A stretch of 64,000 nt of DNA. Origin: Oopsacas minuta. Taxonomy: Eukaryota > Animalia > Porifera. Each line of letters opens with the position of its first letter. Position 1 is the stretch's first letter. Shown here one piece after another: positions 35,275 to 44,833 of this stretch. The notes below the pieces were generated by a model. That model saw nothing but the letters and a program-made list of their open reading frames with translations, had not been told where the DNA came from and ran no database searches. The position numbers and the translations under genes are program-made. The DNA lies in contig JAKMXF010000122.1 of NCBI GenBank assembly GCA_024704765.1, positions 1 to 64,000 on the forward strand, written 5' to 3'.

Positions 35275-36900
35275 CAGTGGCGTAGCCAGCCTTGAGTGAT
35301 TGTCAGGGCACAAGGCAAGATTGGATTTAGACCACACATACAATGTATGCCATAATACGAATTGAAATGATATTAATGAATATACAGTGCAGGTCAAAAA
35401 GAATTATTCAGAATAAATTTACCCCAAATTCTTATCTCTATGACTGATTTAACAATAATGCTTTATTATAGTCAAGTAAATTGTCGCTAGTATTTAGTAG
35501 AACCTCCTCTTGCTTGAATTACGGCTTTACATCTTTGCGGCATACTCTCAATTGGAGTATGGAGCCTGTTAATGTCGATGCTATCTCAAGTGGTTAATAT
35601 GGCATTCCACAACTCTGAGTAGTTGGATGGGCTTTTCTCTTGAATTCTGAGGGAAATGTGATCCCAAAGATTCTCAATCGGATTTAGATCAGGTGACTGA
35701 GCAGACCAATTCATAACCTCTATTTTTTGCTCACCAAACAATTGCTTGGTACCCTTTGACCTATGGCATGGGGCGTTGTCTTGCTGAAAGGTCCATCCAG
35801 AATGTAGAGAATGCTAATCAACGCTTGGGATTAGTGCATTTTCCAATATATCAATGTAGGAATTTGTCTTGAGGTTCCCAGATACTTCCACCATAGTCCT
35901 ACGCCACTCCAGCAAAAGCATCCACAAACCATGATGCCACCTCCACCAAACTTGCAAGTTTTTTGAAGACACCTCTCTGAGATCTCCTCCCCTTTCATCC
36001 TCCTGATGTAGGCTCTCCCGTCATTAGTATACAGAAGGAACCTAGATTCGTCACTGAACACAACTCTTGCCCATTCTTCAGTATTCCAATTCTTGTGCGA
36101 TCTTGCGAAGGAAAGCCGGTCTCTTTTGTGCTTGGTAGTAAGGCGGGGCTTCTTTCGCGGTTTTCGTCCGAACAGTCCAGCCCCTCGTAACCTTCTCTGG
36201 ACTGTTGAAGTGGAAAGTTTTATCGAATATTCTGATAACACTTCAGCTTTGATCTGAGTAGCAGTCTTAAATCGATCCTTTTTGCATTTTCTGACCAATA
36301 AATTGTCTTGCCTTTTGGTTGTGACACGAGGCCTACACGGAATAGCGAAGTCTCTTACCGAGCCAGTTAGCCTGTGTTTCTTAAGGATCTCGGCTACACT
36401 TTTTTGGCTACACCCAACCATTTTAGCTACCTCCCTCTAAGTTTGGCCACTTTCTGAAAGTAGTATCAGGTTGGGTTGATTTTCAATGGAATTCTGGGTT
36501 TCGAAGGCATTGAAAACTCGATGAATACGAACAAATTGGAAAAAAGAATACAAAATAAAATCGGTAAGTTGTGCAAATATAATGAGTGGATTAGCTGTGT
36601 TGGTGTGTTACTTGTCAAAATACATATGGCTGAGTATGGTTTTGCAAGAATTCAACTATCTGGTCAGCGTATACAATTTGACATTTACTATACTGTATAC
36701 ATTCATTTTGAGCAATTCTTTTTGACCGGCACTGTATTATTGAGCGGATCGAAACACAACAAAACGGTTTATTAATAAGTAGAACGCATTTGCTTCAAGT
36801 AGTTAAAAATACACTTTATAAATATTGCCCAGGCACGAAAAAAAGTTGCCGGGTCATGACGGTCAGTTACCGGGCAGGCTCGTGTGTGGCTACGTCACTC
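35275..36900. mobile_element. Small hAT-type MITE (~275 bp) split by the Tc1 insertion
   Basis: Left CAGTGGCGTAGCCA at 35275, right TGGCTACGTCACTC ending at 36900. The unit-1 copy (from 17214) keeps only the left end. Confidence 0.6.
35385..36734 (-). mobile_element. Tc1-family transposon (1350 bp) with inactivated transposase (35487-36510)
   Basis: TIRs CAGTGCAGGTCAAAAAGAATT / AATTCTTTTTGACCGGCACTG with TA TSD. The empty site GAATATATTATTGAGCGG is at ~17320. Motifs VFSDES, FQQDNAPCH, SPDLNPIENLW, ARGGSTKY are interrupted by stops and frameshifts. Confidence 0.96.
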
Positions 36901-37015
36901 TATGTATATATATATATATATAATTTGCCCGAGATTATGTCCCCAGCCTTTCTTTGTTTAAGATTTTACATTTTTCTCTTATTCTGCAATTCTGTTTCAT
37001 CACTGATTAGCCTTG

Positions 37016-37500
37016 ATGCTTAACACTTGCTCTTCACCTGGATGCTGGAGTTATTCTTCAGGGGAGCCATATACACCAGTATTCAGATTACCCTCAGACT
37101 GTGAACTTAGAGAATAATGGTCATCACTGAAATGGATATGCCTCAACCTGATGGCTCACTCTTTGAATTGTTTAATATTTTCCCACCCAACAATTTGACT
37201 TAGTCTTTATGGAACTTTAGGCTTAGAGTGTGAGTTGCAAACATATTTGAAGACTTCTACTGCTAATTTCAATAACCAAGAAAGGAATATTACATTACAT
37301 ATGGATGAAATACATGTCAAATCAGAGTTATCTTACACAGGTGGAAGAATACTAACTTGATCAAAATTCTGTCGCTAAAACAGCCCCCACCGATTAACAG
37401 CCAGATCTTGGTGGCCATCTAGCCTTGAAAGACAGAATGTCAATTTAGCACTTCGAATATTTGACGACTCAACCGCTGTAGCTTTAACAGTCTATGCTTT
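37016..37500 (+). mobile_element. Internally deleted THAP/P-element-superfamily transposase remnant (copy 2)
   Basis: MLNTCSSPGCWSYSSGEPYTPVFRLPSDCELRE*W (THAP start); GLECELQTYLK...ITLHMDEIHVKSELSYTGGRI (first catalytic D region); SLERQNVNLALRIFDDSTAVAL. Confidence 0.7.
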
Positions 37501-37611
37501 GTTGCCCTAGCATTTCTTATTTCTATATTTATACAATTTTTGTTGTAGTGTAAAATATGATTACCTTCCATCTACCATTTGGTACGACTATTGTCAAAAA
37601 CAAATGTATTA

Positions 37612-37757
37612 CAGGACCGTAGGAGCCGGTGCGGCAGGTGCGACGCTCGCCCACCAATAATTCAGAATTTCTATTATTATAACGGTCAGATGTGATCAAT
37701 GCCGCACCAATACAATGTAACTTGCCGTACCAATATTTTTTGCTTCCTACGGCCCTG
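37612..37757. mobile_element. 146-bp MITE, copy 2
   Basis: Identical by eye to 18106-18251. Confidence 0.75.
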
Positions 37758-38365
37758 TATTAATCTCAACCTATCATATTCAATGTATGCACTTTAAGTG
37801 TAATCCATGATCCAAATGAACAATCAGGCCTTATATTACTTAGGCCACGCTTGATGTAATTTTGATTTTATAACTTCTGTCACTATTATTCGGTTCCAAT
37901 ACTTTTTTTTTGAAAGATTTACAACCTCCCAGAATTAACCAAATACGGTTGCAAAGGTATTTCCTTCCACGAATATTTCCAAGAAAGCTATATGTCAGTT
38001 AAACTCCAAAAATATTACCTACGACGATAATACATTTCAGTTTCTTGAATTTGCCGAATACAGGCTATCAAGAAGTTTATTATGTATACTTTTAACGGCC
38101 AACACAAAATTAATCCTAAAGCGAAGTAATAGTAGGTTTATTTAAGAAGTCCTTAACAATATTGAGGTAAATTCTCATAATATAACAAATTGACAGCTGG
38201 TATCGATCTCAGTATTGATCTGACACAATTCGGTTAGATTATCGATGGATGAATTTCGGCGAACAGCCCTTATGACATACAAGCATACACATCTCCTGTT
38301 ACTATAGTATTCGATAATCTGAGCTCATTTCAGATATACTAACTCTTTCTATCAATTTAGCAACA

Positions 38366-39215
38366 ATGGCCACAGCTATTACTATTGAAACGGAGAGAGT
38401 GAAAACTGAAATTGATTACACAAGCAAGATAAAACTCTGGTGTGTTCTAGTAAGAGAGGTAAAGGAAATGATAAACTTTACGGTCCACTTTGTGTTACAG
38501 TTGATGAGATGACTGGAAATATTTATATAGCAGATTATTACAATAACTGTGTTAAAGTATTTGACAGTATTGCTAAGTACATTTTCAAATTCGGCGACAG
38601 TAATGGTGAAGGAAAGATGTCCTATCCAAGAAGTTTAGTTATTTGTAGGAGTAGGGTCTTAATTGCTCATGCCAACTGTATACTGAACTATAACCTTGAT
38701 GGTGAATTTATTTCTAGAATTGGTGAATATGGAAATGGAGAATTAGAATTCAACTATCCTAAGGGTATAGCAATCAATGAATCTAATGATGATATTTACA
38801 TTTGTGATTATTCTAACAATTGAGTTCAAATACTCTCAAAAGATTTCCAATTCAAATCACAATTTGGTTCATTCACATTCCCTATTGATGTTAAACTATC
38901 TAAAGAATACATTTATGTGTTAAATGAATCTAATCCTTGTATCCATCTATTCAATCATAACCACATACTCTTGAAGAGTGGAATTTCACTAGGACAAGGA
39001 AATCAAGTCATGTATCCCAATCATTCTTTATTGACCATTCTAACAACATTCTAATTGCTGAATATTCTTCTATTTCTATCTCTATCATCAATCCTGAATT
39101 CCAATCGATTCACAATATTGCAGTCTCTTATCATCCAAAAGCAGTAACTGTAGATAATCATGATAGAGTTATTGTAGTGTGTGAGCACACTGTAAACTGT
39201 CTACAGATATTTTGA
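38366..39215 (+). pseudogene. NHL-repeat gene copy C' (two 1-nt frameshifts and a CGA>TGA stop)
   Basis: ATG at 38366; frameshift near 38435 (AAAACTCTG vs AAAACCTCTG); TGA at 38821; frameshift near 39019; homologous stop at 39213-39215. Confidence 0.92.
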
Positions 39216-39671
39216 TATACAATTATATCTATGTGTGTATTTCTATATATCATTTTCTTTACTTTCCCTTTATAACTCTACGTATTCATATATTTCCTTA
39301 CATCTATGCTATTAAAACTTTTTGGCTTTTCGAAATATCACATTATTCACCACTGTTTAGCCAATATACATGGTAGAAGTTTAAAATTTGAATCACATGT
39401 ATCCTCAATCTGACAAATCCTGACGTTATGATTTGGTCAAATGCAAACTCATTATGAGATTATTACGTCATCTTGACTGTACAAAAATCTAAATTCTCCA
39501 AATTTCGATATTTTTAGAATTTCATCGTATTCGAGGCACGAAGTGACTAGATTACTGACTTAAATCCAGTAAGACCTCTAGTATTACCACGGAAGGCCAT
39601 TAAGTGAAATTTGGATGCGTCCTGGATAATATTTAGTATATATTTCCACAAAAAAATTCAGAACTGTTGTG

Positions 39672-41896
39672 ACGAGTGTTATCTTAGCAGCCGATTCAAA
39701 TCCCCACTAAAGTACCTTTTGCTCAAAAAGTATGGGTTCTATTTTGAAAAGAACCATACCAGTGTCAAGAAGAAAGTTGGTACATTTCATATCATCACTC
39801 ATAATCGCCAAATTTTGCATGATGAGTAAGCAATTTTGCATTACATTTTGGTCGAGGTTTTTTATTAATATCTCCTGAAATAATTGTGATAATAACTTCT
39901 CATTTTAATCATATTTACATCTCACTTGGTACATTGTGTATATCCAATTTGAAATTAAAATAATTATTTTTGAAAAAGTTATGAACGCCCGAACTTTACA
40001 TAGGAATTACATAGACGACCAGTTTTTGCTTGATGATTTGTATGCTTTGTAGCTATGTATTGATTACTTGAATATTCTTAGTATAAATTAACTTATGACC
40101 AGTTATGTCAGTTTAGATTTTTGAACTTAGTATTAAATTAAGAATGTAATATCAATCAACAAAGCATTTGTAACACTGTAATTGATTTATTTCGTTTCTC
40201 ACAACCTTAATACTTTTGATATTCTTCAACTTCATTTTATTTCAAATTCATTTCTTCCACAAATTTTCTTCATACAACAGTCCTACTAAATTTCATTTCA
40301 ATTCAATCATGTGAGTATCTTTCTTAATTAATTTTGTAATGTTACACAGTCAACTCCCGGTATATCGAACATGGATAATTAGAAATCCTCGCTATATCGA
40401 AGTCTGAGATTATACAAATATAGTCACAAATCGTTAAAGAAACATAAATGTCATCGGTTATTGAAATCCGCGTATATAGAAGTGATTATTGCGGTTCCTT
40501 GTTACCGATATAAGGGGAGTTGACTGTAGTTATATGCAAATGTGTCAGAATTTATTATTAAAAGCAACCTAATCATTGGTTTCAATTTATGGCAGCGAAA
40601 ATTATATATTTACCAACAAGATTATTAGTGAAACAATAATTATTTTGTATAAATGAATCTTGAATATTTTGTGAGATCTCATCTAAAAATATGTAAATTG
40701 ATTGCGACAAAAATCACAAATGTAAGTATATACGTATATGTATCGACAGTTGGATTATATGGAACAATTTTATAACCTTTTCTCTAACCAAGATACGTTT
40801 AGAAGCTGGATCATATTACACAGGATTTGGAAACTAACACAACACCAATATGTAAAGTTCTGGAAGATATATTCATAGTAAAGTAAACAATGAACATGAA
40901 ATCTATATTCTTATCCTTGCAATTATCTTAATCAATCTAGGAATTATACCTACAAATCTCTCTTACAAACATTTACTTTACAATTTGTACAAATTTGAAT
41001 CAGAAAGAAGTTACTATCTATTTTTGGAGCATTCATTTGGAGACCCATGTCCTGGAGTTAACTCTCGATTCTCTTACCATTCTGACATTAATAATTACAA
41101 ATCGAAGTGTTGATCATCTCTTCAAATCTTATCTGGTCAAGACATTTGTTACTCTTAAATAGCTGTAAAGATTTTTCATAAATAGTACCACCTGTTTTAG
41201 GTTTAGCCTATTCTAATAAACAAGGGAAATTCGATCAGTATTTCTCATTAGTTCATCAATCAGTTCAATACAGAAAAGATAGACAGACAAACTATAATAT
41301 CTGGTTAATTAGTATCTTGTAATACTTTCGATTTGTTTACTCTTTTCTATTCAAAAAGTTATGTTTTGTATAATGTATGATAACTGTCATTACAATGGTG
41401 TTGTGTTATTTATTATATTTCAAATATCTTTTGATTATTATCTAGAAACCATAATAGAATTGATAGAATTGAAAATGATACTAAATCCTTATCAAAATTT
41501 ACGTACACTGTAATGTCATACATACTTCATTATTGATAGTACAAAATGGTCGTCTATGTAATTCCTATGTAAAGTTCGGGCGTTCATAACTTTTTCAAAA
41601 ATAATTATTTTAATTTCAAATTGGATATACACAATGTACCAAGTGAGATGTAAATATGATTAAAATGAGAAGTTATTATCACAATTATTTCAGGAGATAT
41701 TAATAAAAAACCTCGACCAAAATGTAATGCAAAATTGCTTACTCATCATGCAAAATTTGGCGATTATGAGTGATGATATGAAATGCACCAACTTTCTTCT
41801 TGACACTGCTATGGTTCTTTTCAAAATAGAACCCATACTTTTTGAGAAAAAGGTATTTTAGTGGGGATTTGAACCGGCTGCTAAGTTAACACTCGT
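39672..41896. mobile_element. Mutator/foldback-like non-autonomous element with ~350-bp TIRs (2225 bp)
   Basis: 39672-40021 is a near-perfect inverted copy of 41547-41896. Exact 9-bp TSD ACTGTTGTG (39663-39671, 41897-41905). No transposase ORF inside. Confidence 0.9.
40347..40526. mobile_element. pogo/Tigger-like MITE nested in the Mutator-like element
   Basis: TIR CAGTCAACTCCCGGTATATCG / CGATATAAGGGGAGTTGACTG; TA on the right flank. Confidence 0.8.
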
Positions 41897-42257
41897 ACTG
41901 TTGTGTTAAGTATATCCTGTCGCGTAGCGACCAAAAGCATCAAGAAATGTAGCTTTTTAATCCCTAAGCTAACCAGAAGCTCTAAGCTGTCGTACTGCGA
42001 CCTAGCAAGCGCAGCTCGCTGATTTGAATTATTCTTGATTAGATTGCTATTTCTTAGAATTTTGTGCATTAGCCCTCTGTTATTATATACTCGTTTCTGC
42101 TCCACAAGCTATTCACCTGAGCATATGGGTGTCAGCTTTCATTACCACTATTTTATTATTTTCTCACAGCTATACCTATAGAAAGTACCATAAGAAATTC
42201 TAACAATCCGTGAGGTTATACTCTTTATTCGTAAGAGTTTACTTCTATGATTCAGTA

Positions 42258-42473
42258 CAGTCAACTCCCGTTATATTGAACATGTATTATTGGATATATC
42301 GAAGTAGCGGGTAAATGTAAATCAAAATTTGCAATTAGATTTCTAAACTGTCAAAGTAATTATTATTTAATCGGATATATCGAAGTAATTTAACGGTAAT
42401 TCGCTGTAACACCATGTTTATATAAATTCAGTCTTCGATATATCTGTGTGTCTGATACAACGGGAGTTGACTC
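42258..42473. mobile_element. pogo/Tigger-like MITE (same family as 40347)
   Basis: TA-CAGTCAACTCCCGTT ... AACGGGAGTTGACTC-TA. Confidence 0.8.
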
Positions 42474-42609
42474 TAGTATTTCCAAATCAAGCGTGTCAAT
42501 TGTTCATGTAACTGTCATTATCATCGAATAGGATTGTTTCGCTGCAGTGCCATATGAATTTGCGGATAGTAGGCGTATTCCAACTTCCCGCAGCGGAAAG
42601 TTTGAATTA

Positions 42610-43014
42610 CAGTGGATGCCGATTATAAGAACATCGTCGGGAGCTGGACATAATGTTTTTATATCCATGTTCTTATAACCGGTATGTAGTATATAGCGGA
42701 TGCTGGTTATGAGAACACTTCATTAATAAAACACATTTTGTTGTAGGTACCATATTATTGAGAACTGTTTTCATTTTCTACTGTATAATTTATACCGATT
42801 CTTCAAACATACGGTTAATAGGAACCAATATTGCTACATTTCTATGAGTGTTCTTATAACCGGCCAAATGTATTGGAGTATATGGCAACCATTTTCCAGT
42901 ATAATAAAGTTTGTATTTCCGGAATAAAATGTTCTTATATCCGTTAAAATTTCATGGAGTAGAATACCAAAGATTCCCTGAAAAAATCATGGTTCTTGTA
43001 ACCGGCATCTACTA
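42610..43014. mobile_element. Tandem pair of pogo-like MITEs with GTTCTTATAACCGG repeats
   Basis: TA-CAGTGGATGCCGATTATAAGAAC at the left, GTTCTTGTAACCGGCATCTACTA-TA at the right, with a second internal TIR pair near 42670-42720. Confidence 0.65.
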
Positions 43015-43289
43015 TATTGCATTGTAAAATGTATTTCCAACTTATTTCAACGATGATAATTATTGCATTACTCAGCATGCCTAACATTAATCCAAGGTAA
43101 ATAGCTATATAGAAGAAACATTCCAACTTACTTGCGCCAAGTAGGAATATCCTACTTGGCGCGAATAGTCAAACGCCGCACCTGTCGTATCGGGCCCTAT
43201 GGTTCTGTACGATGAATCAATTTCTAGCTTTTGATTATAAACAAAACACGATAAAATCATGTATAACATTAATTACGTAAAAATATGAA

Positions 43290-43650
43290 GAAGAGAGATA
43301 GACCGCGGGGGTCGATCTAGTAAATTCGTATTTAAAGATCATTTAAGAGGTCAATATGTGTATAACTAGATTCGGCTAGCCTTGCGACGTCGAACAAGGG
43401 TCACTCGATGAGGTTAGGAGAATATTGGGAATGGAATGTTGCCAAATTCTTGATTAATACCTGAATACAGTCGAGTAGCTAAAGAAACGACAAGAGCTAT
43501 TCGCTTTCAAAATCATAAGATTCATGAGAAATCTCACGACACTAATGATTTAGTATTCTACGAAAATACACTTTGTTGGTTCAGACGCAAAATCTTGTGA
43601 CACACGACGAGATCTTGAGAGTTGAGAGGCATGGAATTATGTCCGAAGAA
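43290..43650 (+). repeat. Dispersed repeat family (core GTCGAACAAGGG...TTGAGAATGGAATATTGC), unclassified
   Basis: Related segments at ~50130-50420, ~52390-52520 (inverted), ~52740-52960 and ~53540-53670. Confidence 0.6.
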
Positions 43651-44833
43651 ATTATGTCTACCTATCCCCTATCCCCATGTTGATAATTCGTTTGGTTAGA
43701 CTGCAGGCGCGATGCCAGAGAGGGGGGGGGGCAAGATTATACAAAGTTTGAGGGTGCTTAGTTTAATTGTCTCTCTCTCTCAAGTCAAATTTATTTTGTA
43801 GAATATCAAGGCTTATTTTCGTACAATAAACTATTGGTTGAAGGTCGGAGGAATTGATCATTTAAAATGCCGGATGGCCTCATTAATAGATAACTGTTAA
43901 ATTATTGGTTGTTGCCTCTAATATTCATAAAATATTTGCAATTCGAGTTACACATTTCTTGATATAATATATTAAAAATAAGTACATAAATAACTTAATA
44001 ATCCGATCTAGCACTGCGGAAGATGTAAATCATTACTGAAAAGCGAAGCGTAGCTCACTTCAAACATTGTGCCAACCTATATGATACCTGGACACCAGTA
44101 GAGGCGCCAAGGCAGTTTGGGGAACTCAAGCCTCTCAGTAATTTTGAGAAGGAGACCGAACTTGTTTCTACTTTTTTTTGTTAGATTTCGAAATATTCTG
44201 ATTAAAAGTACATGTTTTTGCTGAATTTTCTTTTTCTAGATGCCTAGTTTAGCTAATATTCGACTTTAATTCTGCGATTATATTGTTTCTCGCTCTGTTT
44301 ATAATATATTTGCTGCTAGTATATCCATTTTATGACAACTCTTTTGATTACATTTCGGCATAGCTCGATAAACCGAATTCATCCAAACAACTAAGTGATG
44401 TATTTTTCTTGCAGTTATAAGACAAGAGGTTGAGTAATTTAATTGATATGCCGAAAGAGCTTAGCCCCCGTGAATAAGCGTGTCACCAGCCACAGCCCCT
44501 CCTTTTGGCAAATCCTGGCGCCACCCACTGGACAAATTTAATATTATCCTCGCTCGCTCATGCAGATTAATAATACATGTAAACTGGACCTTGATAAGCT
44601 TGGTGCCTCCGCTTTTCCCTTCCTGTTAGATAAACCGGCGCCGCGCCTAGTTAGACTAAGTCAAGCATACGAAGTAAAATAATAGTAGTAATATACACAA
44701 GAGAGATACAAATATTGGGGATAGAACAAAAGATTCTAAATTATGTGTTAGTTCACATTTATGTTGCTTATGGTATGTACTATACTAACTTGCCACTCTT
44801 TAAGAATAATTGCGATAGCTTGGCTATAGTTTT

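Larger units (their letters stand above)
22476..39255 (+). repeat. Segmental duplication unit 2 (NHL-A', fragment, NHL-B', NHL-C' plus spacers and extra insertions)
   Basis: See unit 1. Carries the Harbinger MITE, the hAT and the Tc1 insertions that are absent from unit 1 (empty sites visible there), and lacks most of 12090-17080. Confidence 0.9.
39330..42025 (+). mobile_element. Helitron-like repeat copy interrupted by the Mutator-like element
   Basis: 39330-39671 and 41906-42025 join into a sequence colinear with the 51085-51542 copy (…GAAATTTGGATG… / …CGTAGCGACCAAAAG…CCTAGCAAGCG). Confidence 0.55.

Noticed and set aside
36826-36925. ~100-bp GC-rich segment with a (TA)n tail present only in unit 2, initially considered a SINE or spliced-leader RNA gene
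   Set aside because: Its end TGGCTACGTCACTC is the inverted match of CAGTGGCGTAGCCA at 35275, so it is the right end of a hAT MITE. No Pol III A/B boxes or convincing Sm site were seen.
6909-39215. CRISPR-like or prokaryotic interpretation of the repeated units
   Set aside because: The repeats are gene-sized paralogs, not short direct repeats with unique spacers. SPT6, HELZ and the eukaryotic transposon superfamilies show the DNA is eukaryotic.
43700-44530. Possible hAT MITE between G-rich ends at ~43705 or ~44096 and CCTGGCGCCACCCACTG at ~44515-44530
   Set aside because: The TIR match is weak and no TSD could be found.
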